Origin: a virus
Reading direction: 5' to 3' (one strand)
Length of the DNA: 64,000 nt
IMG/VR virus record: IMGVR_UViG_3300042691_031577
Coordinates: 1-64,000 of that record
The notes below the pieces were generated by a model that saw only the letters and a program-made list of their open reading frames with translations, ran no database searches and was not told the origin of the DNA. Below, in pieces: positions 47,687-58,159 of the stretch. Each line of letters begins with the position of its first letter. Position 1 is the stretch's first letter. Made by a program: the position numbers and the translations under genes.

Positions 47687-48795
47687 TACTGGTAGATTGA
47701 TTTAATTTTATTGCTAATTTTATTTGATATTTCACTAATTTCATTTATAGCTTTTAAGCTACGCTTCCAATAGTTTGTACCATCTTCGTTTTCACTTAAT
47801 TCTTGTTTAATACGAGTAGTATATTCAATTAATTGATCTACTTCAGATAATTTACGTTTTACTTCACGAATACTTTTATGAAGCATTTCTGCTTTAGTTC
47901 TATATTTAACTTCGTTTTTAAATTTATTATACGATACTTCGTTTAATAATTCTTCTTTAATAAGATTATTCAACACTTCTTCTAAAGGATAATCAAATGG
48001 TTCTTCACCTGTTATTTTACTACTTTTAATATATTCTATTAAAGATTCAATATTATTAAAATAAGTATATCCTTCTTCTCTTCCTAAATTATCTATTTCT
48101 AAAACAAAATATGGTTTATCACCAGATGTAGTTTCTCCACATATTAAAGTCATAAATCCAGAACCATCTGCATAATCAACAGGTATTTGTACTCTGGCTA
48201 AATTTTTATTTTTACCTGAATAAACTATTTTAGCTTCTTCAAAAATAGGTTTTATTGCTGATAGTATATTATTTGCAGATTCTTGGTATTTAATATTTTG
48301 TTCATTCATTGCTGATTTTTTACCTTTCCAAAGTTCTTTATAATCTAACATTTTAGAATTTTTAGGCATACCTTTAACTGTTTTAAATCCCATTTTTTCA
48401 GCGTATTTAGTTGCTTTATTTTTCTTTTGTCCTTTAGGAGCAAAAGCATATGGGGTTTGAATAGGACCTGCTCCAACACCAATAGCGCCAGTAGCTGATT
48501 CTTCATTCATACCCATTAATTTTTTATACATAGATAAATCAGATAAGCTTTGACCTTCAGGATTCTTAGCTAAGTTATCTATTTGATCAATAGTTACTTC
48601 ACCTGAATCAAGTGCTTTTTTTAACCAAGTACCATTTATTATGTTATGTTTATATAAAAATGATTTAGCTTTATCATCATTTCTAGTATAAATATTTAAC
48701 CAATTATATAATGTATCCCAGTTACTAGATTCATTTTCAAGAACATTTTCTAGTTCTTCTTTAATAATCTGTTTTAATAAAGATACTTTCATCAT
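47686..48795 (-). CDS. modular hypothetical head-associated protein
   Basis: LLKQIIKEEL leader, TPYAF motif, C-terminal coiled coil. Confidence 0.7.
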   Translation of the reverse strand: MMKVSLLKQIIKEELENVLENESSNWDTLYNWLNIYTRNDDKAKSFLYKHNIINGTWLKKALDSGEVTIDQIDNLAKNPEGQSLSDLSMYKKLMGMNEESATGAIGVGAGPIQTPYAFAPKGQKKNKATKYAEKMGFKTVKGMPKNSKMLDYKELWKGKKSAMNEQNIKYQESANNILSAIKPIFEEAKIVYSGKNKNLARVQIPVDYADGSGFMTLICGETTSGDKPYFVLEIDNLGREEGYTYFNNIESLIEYIKSSKITGEEPFDYPLEEVLNNLIKEELLNEVSYNKFKNEVKYRTKAEMLHKSIREVKRKLSEVDQLIEYTTRIKQELSENEDGTNYWKRSLKAINEISEISNKISNKIKSIYQ

Positions 48796-49646
48796 TTAAT
48801 AGAATTTAACTCGTTAATTAATTGGTGGTACTGGAGTAAAGAGATGATATTTTCGTCCTTTACGTTTTGATTTTTATTAAGAGGCTGTAGTAAATTAATT
48901 ACTTCAGTTAATTTAATTTGAGTTGTTTTGTCATCAACACTTTTAACTAGTTCTGTTAATTCTTTAGTAATTAAAGCATACTGAGTGTTAACAAATTCTT
49001 TTAATGCTGTTGTGTTGGTAATATTGTTGATGTATTCTTTTAATACTGTTTTTTGCTTATTATTCAGAGTAGAATATTTTTTGTTAAATCTTTCTAGCAA
49101 TACTCTGTAAGCTAGTAAACGAGTACCTTTATCCATCTTAGCATATTCTTCAAGAATACGGTCTTTAACCTGATCTTTATTTACTTCTTTACGTGTGATA
49201 TGCTCCAGTAATGTTACTTTATTATCTATAATTTGATTAGGTTCAACAAACTCACTTGAGTTTTGAGCCTCTATTAAATTATACACAGCAGCATACTGTG
49301 AGTAGTGGTTGATTTTTGCTTTAAAAAATTCTTCTATATTGTAATGCTCGCGAATTTCTTTAATCAAATTATACTTTTCTTTACGTAAAGTAGATTTATT
49401 TAAACGCGATGATGCATTTAGAGTACTATTTATGAATATCTCCGCTTTACTTTCAGTAAGTGCTTTAGAGTTTACAAGAACTTGATACAATTTGTATTCT
49501 TTAGCTAATTCAGTTTTGTTAAAATATTTCTTAACTAAATCAATAGCTGCTGAGTCTTTGTTAGATATAGTATCGGATGCTATTTGTCTAACAAGTAGTT
49601 CAAATAATATGCCCGTGTTTTTAAATTTGTTGTGTTTAATTTTCAT
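48792..49646 (-). CDS. hypothetical protein downstream of portal (prohead-associated?)
   Basis: KHNKFKNTGILFELLVRQI; helical. Confidence 0.7.
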   Translation of the reverse strand: MKIKHNKFKNTGILFELLVRQIASDTISNKDSAAIDLVKKYFNKTELAKEYKLYQVLVNSKALTESKAEIFINSTLNASSRLNKSTLRKEKYNLIKEIREHYNIEEFFKAKINHYSQYAAVYNLIEAQNSSEFVEPNQIIDNKVTLLEHITRKEVNKDQVKDRILEEYAKMDKGTRLLAYRVLLERFNKKYSTLNNKQKTVLKEYINNITNTTALKEFVNTQYALITKELTELVKSVDDKTTQIKLTEVINLLQPLNKNQNVKDENIISLLQYHQLINELNSIK

Positions 49647-49680
49647 AAAAAAGTGTACACTATCTATAAATATGTAATAA

Positions 49681-51585
49681 TTATATGTCCTTAATATTTT
49701 CTTCAGATAATAAGTCAGAATCTAAATCAGGATTATATACTATATCTTTTCTTAAATGATTCATAGATTCAAGTAAATGCTTATTCTTATGTAGTTCAGT
49801 TAATGCTAATGGAGAACCACCTTTAGGTGTACCACTATCCATATCATTACTAGGTTTATTAGCAGTATATAGAGTATTCATGCCTTTTTTACCTAATCTA
49901 TCTTTACCTAATGGATCTTTCTGTGTGTTTATAATAGAAGATTTTTCTTTTGGACGACCTATTGGTGCTTTTTCATCATATCCACCAGGTATGTTTTGTT
50001 GTGCTTCCATTCCTGTTCTACCACGACCATACAGTGCTGCTAAGTCATGAGGTGTTCCGTATGATTTACCTGATTTAGCTGGGTCATTACCCTCGTTTTC
50101 GATTTGGCCTAAACGGAATGTACGTTTTTTATCTTCCATTACTAAATCACGTAATTCATCATATTGATCTTCTGATAGTTTAAATACATTATCATAAATC
50201 CAATCAGACGGGATTAAATTAGTATCTAATAAGTCTTTAGCTAATGCAACTTTTTCTTTCCATATAGCTATTTTCTCTTGATCATATATGATTGAAGGAG
50301 TAGTTAATGATAATTCAAAATTACCTAATGATTCACCATCGTATCCTTGAACATATAAATGAACTAATGCTATTTTATATAATTCGGATAATACAATACG
50401 TTGGATACGTTCTACTGTGCGAGCAAAACGAATATCTTCAGCTGCTAATGTTGCTTTACCTGTTAAATCTTTTTCAAATCCAAAAAACGCTTTAGGTACT
50501 TTAAGAGCAGCTAACATTTCATCACGTAAGAAATTTACGTCCTCAATAGCATTATACTCTAATCCTTTAATAGTATCGATTTTAGTATTTGAATTAGTAC
50601 CACGTTGAGGTATATAGAAATCCTCCATAACATTCATCATGTTATATTTAAGATTATATTCACCTGTGTTTTGGTCAATATAAGGAGTTTTCTTCATTTT
50701 TTGCTTTAAACGCTCCATATAACCATCAACCTCATTTGGTGGCATATTTCCAATATCAACGTAAAATACACGTTTTTCTGGGGCGCGAGTAATACGATGT
50801 AGTAACATCGCATCTTTCATTAAAATATATTGTTTATATGTTTTACGAGCTGGCTCTATGTATGATCTACCATATGGAAGATAGTTAGCATCTGCTAATA
50901 ATCTAAAGTGAGCTATTTCGTAGTTTTCAAATTTAATCTTTCCCTCTCTATCGTTTATACGGCTATTAATACCACCAGCAGCAATAACCATTGGATCTAT
51001 CTTAAAGCATACATAATTAGGATTTTCAGGATCAGTTCCTTCTTCACGAACCATATCATAAACTGATAATGGAGATACATTATATACTCCAAATTTTTCA
51101 GCTATGTCTAAGTGTAAATAAAAATCACCATACTTACACATATTTCTAATCCATACCCATAAATTAAATTCAATATTTAAAATATCGTAGAATAAATTAT
51201 ACAATATGCGTTGAATATTTTCGTCTGAACTTCTAATTTGAATTATTTCTCCTGTTTCATTTTTTAATGTAGCTTCATCAGCTACAATATCAAGAGCAGA
51301 GGCTATGATTGATTCTGTATCCATTGCTTCATAATCAGTATATAACTGAATACGAAGTGTTTGGTAATTCATTGTAGGATTATAAGGCATATTAGCTCCA
51401 TATCTATGGAGTTTAGTAAACCTATCAATCAGGGCATTTGTTTTTACGTTACCATATGCTTGAATGCGGTCAACATCTGTTGTTTTTAGTTGTTTTCCGC
51501 CTACATTTCTAATGATAACATCAGTACTAAATAGACGTCTTAATTGCCCAAATAGTCCCGTGTTATTTATATTATTTTCTGCCAT
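49681..51585 (-). CDS. portal protein (gp20-like)
   Basis: RITRAPEKRVFYVDIGNMP, EDFYIPQR, ALKVPKAF, EDIRFAR. Confidence 0.95.
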   Translation of the reverse strand: MAENNINNTGLFGQLRRLFSTDVIIRNVGGKQLKTTDVDRIQAYGNVKTNALIDRFTKLHRYGANMPYNPTMNYQTLRIQLYTDYEAMDTESIIASALDIVADEATLKNETGEIIQIRSSDENIQRILYNLFYDILNIEFNLWVWIRNMCKYGDFYLHLDIAEKFGVYNVSPLSVYDMVREEGTDPENPNYVCFKIDPMVIAAGGINSRINDREGKIKFENYEIAHFRLLADANYLPYGRSYIEPARKTYKQYILMKDAMLLHRITRAPEKRVFYVDIGNMPPNEVDGYMERLKQKMKKTPYIDQNTGEYNLKYNMMNVMEDFYIPQRGTNSNTKIDTIKGLEYNAIEDVNFLRDEMLAALKVPKAFFGFEKDLTGKATLAAEDIRFARTVERIQRIVLSELYKIALVHLYVQGYDGESLGNFELSLTTPSIIYDQEKIAIWKEKVALAKDLLDTNLIPSDWIYDNVFKLSEDQYDELRDLVMEDKKRTFRLGQIENEGNDPAKSGKSYGTPHDLAALYGRGRTGMEAQQNIPGGYDEKAPIGRPKEKSSIINTQKDPLGKDRLGKKGMNTLYTANKPSNDMDSGTPKGGSPLALTELHKNKHLLESMNHLRKDIVYNPDLDSDLLSEENIKDI

Positions 51586-51614
51586 TTTATATACTTAATA
51601 TATTAATAAATATG

Positions 51615-53213
51615 TTAGCCTAATAACCAGCTAATATCTTCTACTCCACCAACACCATTATCTAGTTGGTATGGATTTTGAAATCCCGGTTGCATGTTAC
51701 TATACATTCCTGGGGTTTTAGTATTGCTTATATTTAAAACAGCTGCTCTAGTTAAATCTAAACCTTGAGCGCTAAATTTTAGACCAGTGTCACGAACAAA
51801 TAAACCAATACCTAATGCCATTGCCAAATCATCATTATATCCATTTTGCGCTTGTGCTTTACCATTTTGCCAAATAAACACACGTAGCTCTTCTAATAGA
51901 CGTTTAGAGTGAAAAATAAACGATCTTTCTCTAATGTACGTCTCCATCTTTGAGATGACAAGTGGTCTTGTACGAGTAGAGTTAGTAAAACCAGGAACTG
52001 TGTTATCGCTTTCCATTTTGGCCATCCATTTATCTATATTCATTTCACCATATGATCTAGGTGAATAATATAGATTAGGATATCCTCGTTCTATAATTGT
52101 ATTTACAACGTCCCATCCTATATTAGCGTTTTCTACTACGAGTAAAGCATTGTTGTATTCACCTGCTATAGAAACTAATACATGACCAAATTCACGGGTA
52201 CTAACCTGAGATTTGTATTCGGCTACTTGCTCACAATTTTCTAAATCAATAACATGGAATGTAGAATAGTCAGTTCCATCACCACGAGCAACGTCAGCAC
52301 ATACTATATAGTTTTTAGAGTAATTTGGATATTGCCATATCCATAAATCACCCCCCATTAATCGTCTTTCTATAGGATCTTGAATATATGTTTGCTCGTA
52401 AAATCCTAAAATTTCTGATTCTATTACAGTATTACCTGATCCTAAAAAGTCACAATCATATTCTTGAGCAAATTCACGAGGCGACATATTAGATCGTTCT
52501 CTTTGTTCCCATTCAGGGTCTACAGGGGCAACACGATCAGGGTGTAAATTCCATGGTAATTTAATTGCTTTAAAGTCGTTGTCACCAACTTCTGCTTCAG
52601 TATACATTCTATGAAACCAGTTACCTACACCATTAGGTGAAGATAAAGCTATAATACCACCACCAGTAGCAATTGTAGGTTTAATACTCGTGTATATTTT
52701 ATCAATACCCTCGATAAACGCAGCCTCATCCACTATTAGTAAAGATACTGCGTATGATCGACCAGCATCGGATGCTGCTGATGTAGCTACGATTTGAGAG
52801 TTATTAGCTAATTTAAGTGATAATTTGTTATCGGAAATAGGTTTTTGATTACCTCTTAACCAACTAGGAAGATTGTTATACATAAACTGTACTTTTTCAA
52901 CCATGCCTTTAGCGGTTTCTTGTTTAGTAGCGATACATAGTACTGTTTTATCTTTATGGAATAACATAGTCCATAATGAATATCCAGCTACTAGAGTTGA
53001 TATACCTAACTGGCGAGATTTATTGATGATAGTAAATCTATTATCTCGAATATCTTGTAATGTATCGGCCTGAAATGGATATAGGTGAAATAGTACTCGT
53101 CCTTTTACAGGATGGGTTATATAACAATATTTACGAAAAAAATGGATTGGATCAGTAGCACATTTAATGTATTCTTGCTTTATGATCTCCTTAATTTGTT
53201 GTTGATTACTCAT
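51615..53213 (-). CDS. terL: terminase large subunit (gp17-like)
   Basis: KSRQLGIST, LLIVDEAAF, SSPNG, QEYDCDF, DVARGDGTDYS, NDDLAMAL. Confidence 0.96.
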   Translation of the reverse strand: MSNQQQIKEIIKQEYIKCATDPIHFFRKYCYITHPVKGRVLFHLYPFQADTLQDIRDNRFTIINKSRQLGISTLVAGYSLWTMLFHKDKTVLCIATKQETAKGMVEKVQFMYNNLPSWLRGNQKPISDNKLSLKLANNSQIVATSAASDAGRSYAVSLLIVDEAAFIEGIDKIYTSIKPTIATGGGIIALSSPNGVGNWFHRMYTEAEVGDNDFKAIKLPWNLHPDRVAPVDPEWEQRERSNMSPREFAQEYDCDFLGSGNTVIESEILGFYEQTYIQDPIERRLMGGDLWIWQYPNYSKNYIVCADVARGDGTDYSTFHVIDLENCEQVAEYKSQVSTREFGHVLVSIAGEYNNALLVVENANIGWDVVNTIIERGYPNLYYSPRSYGEMNIDKWMAKMESDNTVPGFTNSTRTRPLVISKMETYIRERSFIFHSKRLLEELRVFIWQNGKAQAQNGYNDDLAMALGIGLFVRDTGLKFSAQGLDLTRAAVLNISNTKTPGMYSNMQPGFQNPYQLDNGVGGVEDISWLLG

Positions 53214-53270
53214 ATACTACACAATGTGTTGTATATAAATATATAAGATTTATTATCTCAAATAAGATAT

Positions 53271-53933
53271 TTATTTTACTACAAGTATTACAGTTAAAAT
53301 AGCAGCAACAGCAGTTACGGCCTTAGTACTTAATTTTAAAAGCTTATTTTGAGTATTTACTTTAGTATACTCTTTATTTAAAGTATTATACTTTACATCT
53401 TGTAAAGATATGATATTTTGTTGTGCTGTATCTTTTATTTGGAACGAGTGTATAGTACTGTCTTTAATGACTATCTGTTGACCTAATACAGTGTTAATAC
53501 TATCAGCATATGATAAATCTTGTCTATCACCATCACAATATAATAGATCACGAGCAGCACCTACTGCTGATTCCTTAGGTAAAGAAAATGCTGTTTTATC
53601 TTCAGTTGGGTATCTGTCTACAAAAAATTTATGTAATGTATCTGAATTAGATAAATTAGGGTTATTTGCTTTTTTATTAGCTTCAGCTCTAGCTTTATTT
53701 CTTTCTTGGGCTAAATAAACTACTTGTTTTGCTAAAGCTGAGTCCTTTTTAGCTAAACCAGCAATAATTAAATTTTGTTCGTCTACAATTATTTTTTCAG
53801 AATCAATTACTTTATTCAAGCTATCTATTGTTTGTTGAAATTTAGCGTCCGACGGACCATTACAAACAGAATAAGTAGTAAGTAAAATACCTACTACTAT
53901 TCCTATTAATAACCATATTAATTTATTTGTCAT
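53271..53933 (-). CDS. membrane-anchored coiled-coil protein (spanin-like candidate)
   Basis: N-terminal hydrophobic helix followed by Cys, coiled coil, C-terminal hydrophobic helix. Confidence 0.5.
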   Translation of the reverse strand: MTNKLIWLLIGIVVGILLTTYSVCNGPSDAKFQQTIDSLNKVIDSEKIIVDEQNLIIAGLAKKDSALAKQVVYLAQERNKARAEANKKANNPNLSNSDTLHKFFVDRYPTEDKTAFSLPKESAVGAARDLLYCDGDRQDLSYADSINTVLGQQIVIKDSTIHSFQIKDTAQQNIISLQDVKYNTLNKEYTKVNTQNKLLKLSTKAVTAVAAILTVILVVK

Positions 53934-54826
53934 TTTATTATATTTGCTAACTTTTGGAACCGTTCCATTATTTCATCTTCAGATGGAGCGTTTTTTTCTT
54001 GTTCTACTTTATTTCTAACGTATTCGTTTGAATCAATTATACTTTGAACACGTTGTTCAAGAGATGCTTTTAATTTAGTTAAACGTTCTACTTCGCTTGA
54101 ACCTAATGATAAATCATCTCTACTTTTACCCATTTTTTTAGCTTGTGTTAATGCACTTTTAGTTCTAGCTAAACGTTCTTTAAATTTAGAATAATCCATC
54201 CAAGCATTATAATCTTCATCTGATAATCCTCCTACTGATGGTCTGTCCATTGGTAGTTCTGGCATTTCTGGCTCTTCCTCTTCTTCAGGTTGAGGCATAC
54301 CAGATGGGAAAAATTCACCTGTTCTTCCACCTATGAAAAAATCTTCCATACTGGGTGGTCCTGAGACTGTTTCAGGTTCACTAACTACTGTAGTCTCTCC
54401 CGTTTCATCATCCACTACTACTTCACCCATTTTAGCTATAACACCGGCATCTTTCAAACCATTCATTAACGCATTTGCTATTTGTGGACGAATAAAGTTA
54501 AATTGATCTTGGATATCTTTCTTTTCTACACCTGGATTCTCTTTAATGTAATTAATAACATCAGCTACTGACACACCACTAATCATTTTAGTAGCATATG
54601 GTGTGGTATCAAATTCAGGATCAACAATTTGGTATCCTTTAGCTTTACGAGCCATTTCCGTTACTTTTTTATATTTTTGTTGAAAAGCAGAAGATTTTTC
54701 TGTATTATCATCAGGATCAATTACTGACGATAAACCTTTAGTGGCATCTGTTGGATTTTTTAATGTATATAATCCTACTTCTGATATTACTTCTTTAACT
54801 ACGGCACGAATTTGTTTCGGGGTCAT
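53930..54826 (-). CDS. hypothetical protein ending in the scaffold-like motif ERFQKLANIIK
   Basis: Start likely MTPKQ at 54826 (ATATTTAT at 54852-54859). Confidence 0.7.
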   Translation of the reverse strand: MTPKQIRAVVKEVISEVGLYTLKNPTDATKGLSSVIDPDDNTEKSSAFQQKYKKVTEMARKAKGYQIVDPEFDTTPYATKMISGVSVADVINYIKENPGVEKKDIQDQFNFIRPQIANALMNGLKDAGVIAKMGEVVVDDETGETTVVSEPETVSGPPSMEDFFIGGRTGEFFPSGMPQPEEEEEPEMPELPMDRPSVGGLSDEDYNAWMDYSKFKERLARTKSALTQAKKMGKSRDDLSLGSSEVERLTKLKASLEQRVQSIIDSNEYVRNKVEQEKNAPSEDEIMERFQKLANIIK

Positions 54827-54858
54827 GATGTTTGCGTTTATTTCTGTATACATAAATA

Positions 54859-55383
54859 TTAGTTTATTTGGGAAAGTATTGAATTGATGCGTTCTTCTGT
54901 AGAACCTTTAATTTCTATTAATTTTTTAGGTGGATATTGTTGTAGTAAACCTTTTATAACAAAATCAATTTTTTGACGATATTCTGCATCCGTTATGCGC
55001 ACACCGTTGTCTTCAATATCAACGCCTTCAGGTGATACATAAATTATAACGTCATAATCACCTCTAATTATTAAAAATGATTCAATTAATTTTATTTTAT
55101 CTTCCCAACTAATTGACTTAGCACTCATAGTAAATGCACACACATCATATATTGTTCTGTCTGTCAATAAATCATCATGCATTAATTCTAAACTGCGTTC
55201 TGCCGCAAACACAAATTGTCCTTTAGTTGTTGAGTCGTCATTTAATAAGATTCCTTGATCACGTAAATATTTACTACGTTCTGTAGCTACATGATAATCT
55301 TTAAATTGTTCTAATTTGGCTAGCTCTTTAACTAAAGTGCTTTTGCCTACTGATACTGTTCCTGCTAATCCTATTCGTGCCAT
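54859..55383 (-). CDS. P-loop NTPase / nucleotide kinase (AAA_28, NadR-like)
   Basis: GTVSVGKSTL, TDRTIYD, EDNGVR. Confidence 0.75.
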   Translation of the reverse strand: MARIGLAGTVSVGKSTLVKELAKLEQFKDYHVATERSKYLRDQGILLNDDSTTKGQFVFAAERSLELMHDDLLTDRTIYDVCAFTMSAKSISWEDKIKLIESFLIIRGDYDVIIYVSPEGVDIEDNGVRITDAEYRQKIDFVIKGLLQQYPPKKLIEIKGSTEERINSILSQIN

Positions 55384-55389
55384 ATTTTT

Positions 55390-56073
55390 TTATATTTTAA
55401 ATTTCCAAATAAATCCTCCTGCTGTTTTTTGTTTACCTTTACAGCAAGCCTGTATATCTCCTTTTCCTATATATTTTTTAGCTTCAACAATTGAAGGCCA
55501 TTCTTGAATAAAATCACCTTCTAAATTATATTGGTTAATTGGTTTACTATTAGCTAATCTTACTCCTTTTATTATATTGTCTTTTTTTAATTTTATGTTA
55601 TTTTTATGACTTTCAGATTTAAATTTTCCTATAGCTGATTTTCTCATTTTTTCTTTTGTTATCTCAGATGGAAACTTTCCTATCATTGATATTCTTTTTT
55701 TATTTTTAGTTTCATTAGAAACTATTTTTCCTTTATTAGATTTACTAATTTTATTTTTAGTTTCTTCTGATCGAGGTCCTGTTCCTCTGTCGTATAATTC
55801 ACAAAACAATACTTGTTTCCAATCTCCATTTACTTGATCTAAATAATATTGTTTCCAATATATTTCTCTTTCATTTAATTGTTCTAAATTGCATTCTTCA
55901 ATTATTTCAAATATGTGTTGTTCCCAACCATATTTTTGATATGAATTATATAGTTTAGAACCTATATGAGATTTACTTTTATGTTTATGTTGGTATTTTC
56001 TATTTTGTATATTAATAGATTGTCCTACATAAATTTTACCTTTAGGATTTGTTATTTTATATATTCCTGTCAT
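55390..56073 (-). CDS. GIY-YIG homing endonuclease with NUMOD3 and NUMOD1 domains
   Basis: GIYKITN..IYVGQS, LNEREIYW, SEETKNKIS, QYNLEG..W.S..EA..TAGGFIWK. Confidence 0.9.
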   Translation of the reverse strand: MTGIYKITNPKGKIYVGQSINIQNRKYQHKHKSKSHIGSKLYNSYQKYGWEQHIFEIIEECNLEQLNEREIYWKQYYLDQVNGDWKQVLFCELYDRGTGPRSEETKNKISKSNKGKIVSNETKNKKRISMIGKFPSEITKEKMRKSAIGKFKSESHKNNIKLKKDNIIKGVRLANSKPINQYNLEGDFIQEWPSIVEAKKYIGKGDIQACCKGKQKTAGGFIWKFKI

Positions 56074-56097
56074 ATGATAATAAATATATAGGAATAC

Positions 56098-56346
56098 CTA
56101 TTTCCCGTTAGAAGGAGAAGTAAGTCCCAAAGCTCTAGCTCTCTGGTAGGAAACATATTTACCATTTGCTGGGTTTAAATATTTTTTATCTGTTTTATTG
56201 TCTTTAGTATTTTCTACAGTTCCTAAATACTCTTTAGGATAAGACGTAGTTGTTTCAATAGGTCCACTAGTGGATTTATTTAAATCATATTTCCAAACAC
56301 AAGTAGTACCATCATCATTAATAAACGTTCTTGTAAATTGTTTCAT
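56098..56346 (-). CDS. hypothetical protein
   Basis: 82-aa ORF; promoter-like TATCTTTA and a terminator hairpin upstream. Confidence 0.65.
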   Translation of the reverse strand: MKQFTRTFINDDGTTCVWKYDLNKSTSGPIETTTSYPKEYLGTVENTKDNKTDKKYLNPANGKYVSYQRARALGLTSPSNGK

Positions 56347-56385
56347 GTTATAAAGATAAAAAAAGGGTCTTGACGACCCTAATTT

Positions 56386-56628
56386 TTAAACTCTTGCTCC
56401 TGTATTTTTACCTATAGCGGTTTTAAACCATGGTAATCCATTAGTATCACGTTTACGGTCTATCCAATCCTCTTTTGAATATTGAATACCGTAGATATAA
56501 TATTCTGCTAATTTCATGTTACCTTGAGGGATTAAGGCTGGGCCATCCCAGTTATGGAGCTTATTTACTCCTGTTGTGTCACTATAATGTAATATAGTAC
56601 CGTCTTTCGTTCTAAAAGTTCTTGTCAT
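56386..56628 (-). CDS. hypothetical protein
   Basis: LHNWDGPALI..EYYIYG motif. Confidence 0.7.
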   Translation of the reverse strand: MTRTFRTKDGTILHYSDTTGVNKLHNWDGPALIPQGNMKLAEYYIYGIQYSKEDWIDRKRDTNGLPWFKTAIGKNTGARV

Positions 56629-56669
56629 ATTTTTACTTTCTTTTTTCGAAAGTTAATATTTCTTTTTCA

Positions 56670-57686
56670 CTAATCCAAGCCTGAAAGTTCGGTATCATCT
56701 TTCTTCAGATCTACCTCAATTTCTTTCATCGTGTCTGCTGCCCATTTCTTTTGAGCTGGGGTTAATTTATTATTAATGATGTTTTCTATAAATAGAAGGA
56801 AATTTTTATCGTCTAATTTATATACTTCAGCAAAGAATAATTCACGAACACGAGCATCTTCTATATTACTTTGGTTATATAAGTTTGATAAAGCATCATA
56901 AATAAATTTACCATATTGAAAATCACGAGGTTCGTTTGATACTTTATCTACTTTACCAACAATAGCTTTATTTTGTTCTTTATCAGTTCCAAATCCTTCT
57001 GTTCCTACTATTTCATATAATCCTTTTACTATCTCATGAAATAACATAGGAAAACATATAGCTCTTGCTTTAATAACAAATCTATCTTCTTCTTCATCAT
57101 ACACCATTTCAGATGATCCACCACTAATATTTTGTTTTTGACCAAGAGCCGCTAACATCATAGCGATAGCATTCTCATCATCATATATACCAAAAACTAG
57201 TTTCATTATTTCGTTGTATTTTTCAACTAATTCCGGACTTAAATCATCTAAATGTTCTCTAAATAATAAGAAACCAAAAGTTCCACGTACTGATGCGCCT
57301 TGAGTGATACCGTTGATTATACGGCGTTTTTTCTCCATAGCTTCGGTATCAGTTGATGGTATTTCGTCTATAGATATTTCATCTTCATCTTCATTTTGTT
57401 GAACTTGACCCATACTTACTATTTTAGCATCTATTTTTACATTAGCATAATCTAAAATAGGGTAAGCTTCTCTAGCCATAATTTCAGCTATCATTGCTAA
57501 TTCAATACGGTAATCAGATTCAGCCTCAATAATTTGACTTAGTAATTCCTGAGAACGCATCATTGTTTGCATTAGATTTTTGTTACCTAACATAGCACGC
57601 AATGATTCACCTGACTTACCTTTTAAGGCAGCCATTGTTTCAGGGCTGAATATATCTTCGTATTCTACTTCTAATAAACGTTTCAT
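56670..57686 (-). CDS. hypothetical phage protein
   Basis: KRRIINGITQGA and FPMLFHEIVKGLYE. Confidence 0.75.
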   Translation of the reverse strand: MKRLLEVEYEDIFSPETMAALKGKSGESLRAMLGNKNLMQTMMRSQELLSQIIEAESDYRIELAMIAEIMAREAYPILDYANVKIDAKIVSMGQVQQNEDEDEISIDEIPSTDTEAMEKKRRIINGITQGASVRGTFGFLLFREHLDDLSPELVEKYNEIMKLVFGIYDDENAIAMMLAALGQKQNISGGSSEMVYDEEEDRFVIKARAICFPMLFHEIVKGLYEIVGTEGFGTDKEQNKAIVGKVDKVSNEPRDFQYGKFIYDALSNLYNQSNIEDARVRELFFAEVYKLDDKNFLLFIENIINNKLTPAQKKWAADTMKEIEVDLKKDDTELSGLD

Positions 57687-58159
57687 TATTTTGTTTTTTT
57701 AGCTTTCATAAAACGAGCAGTAATCTTATCAATCATTTCCTCTTCCTTTAAATTTTTAGGAGCAGGTTTTACATCAGGATTACCAATTCTTCTACGTTTA
57801 GGTTCGTCTGGAGTCACTTTAGGTCTAGGTAAAACTGCTGGTTCACTTGGTGTAGTAGCTGGTTTAGGTTGATTTTCGTTTAGTTCTTTACGAATTATTT
57901 CACGAATAGCTTCGCGTAGTTGTTTAATTTTCATATTTTCTTTTAATTTAGTTCTAGGTAATTTCATTCCTGCTACCGCAAAATTTGATGGAATTAGGTT
58001 TAGGCGTTGCTCTAATGCATTATCAGGAGCAATGGCGCGTTTTTCAACCCATAACCATTTAAGATATTGTGGATCAATTATCATTATATCAGATACTAAT
58101 CGGTTTTTATATTTACCAAATGGTATTTTAGATGATAATGTTAAAGTAACAGGGATCAT
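57686..58159 (-). CDS. two-part hypothetical protein (PFGKYK domain plus tagged Pro-rich part)
   Basis: IPFGKYK..DPQYLKWL, then internal MKIKQLREAIREIIRKELNE at 57934. Confidence 0.65.
   Translation of the reverse strand: MIPVTLTLSSKIPFGKYKNRLVSDIMIIDPQYLKWLWVEKRAIAPDNALEQRLNLIPSNFAVAGMKLPRTKLKENMKIKQLREAIREIIRKELNENQPKPATTPSEPAVLPRPKVTPDEPKRRRIGNPDVKPAPKNLKEEEMIDKITARFMKAKKTK

Noticed and set aside
41520-53213. Introns or inteins in capsid, portal or terminase
   Set aside because: The ORFs are continuous, of normal length, and lack intein splice motifs.
56670-57686. Zinc metalloprotease (HEIVKG)
   Set aside because: The motif is HExxK, not HExxH; no further support.
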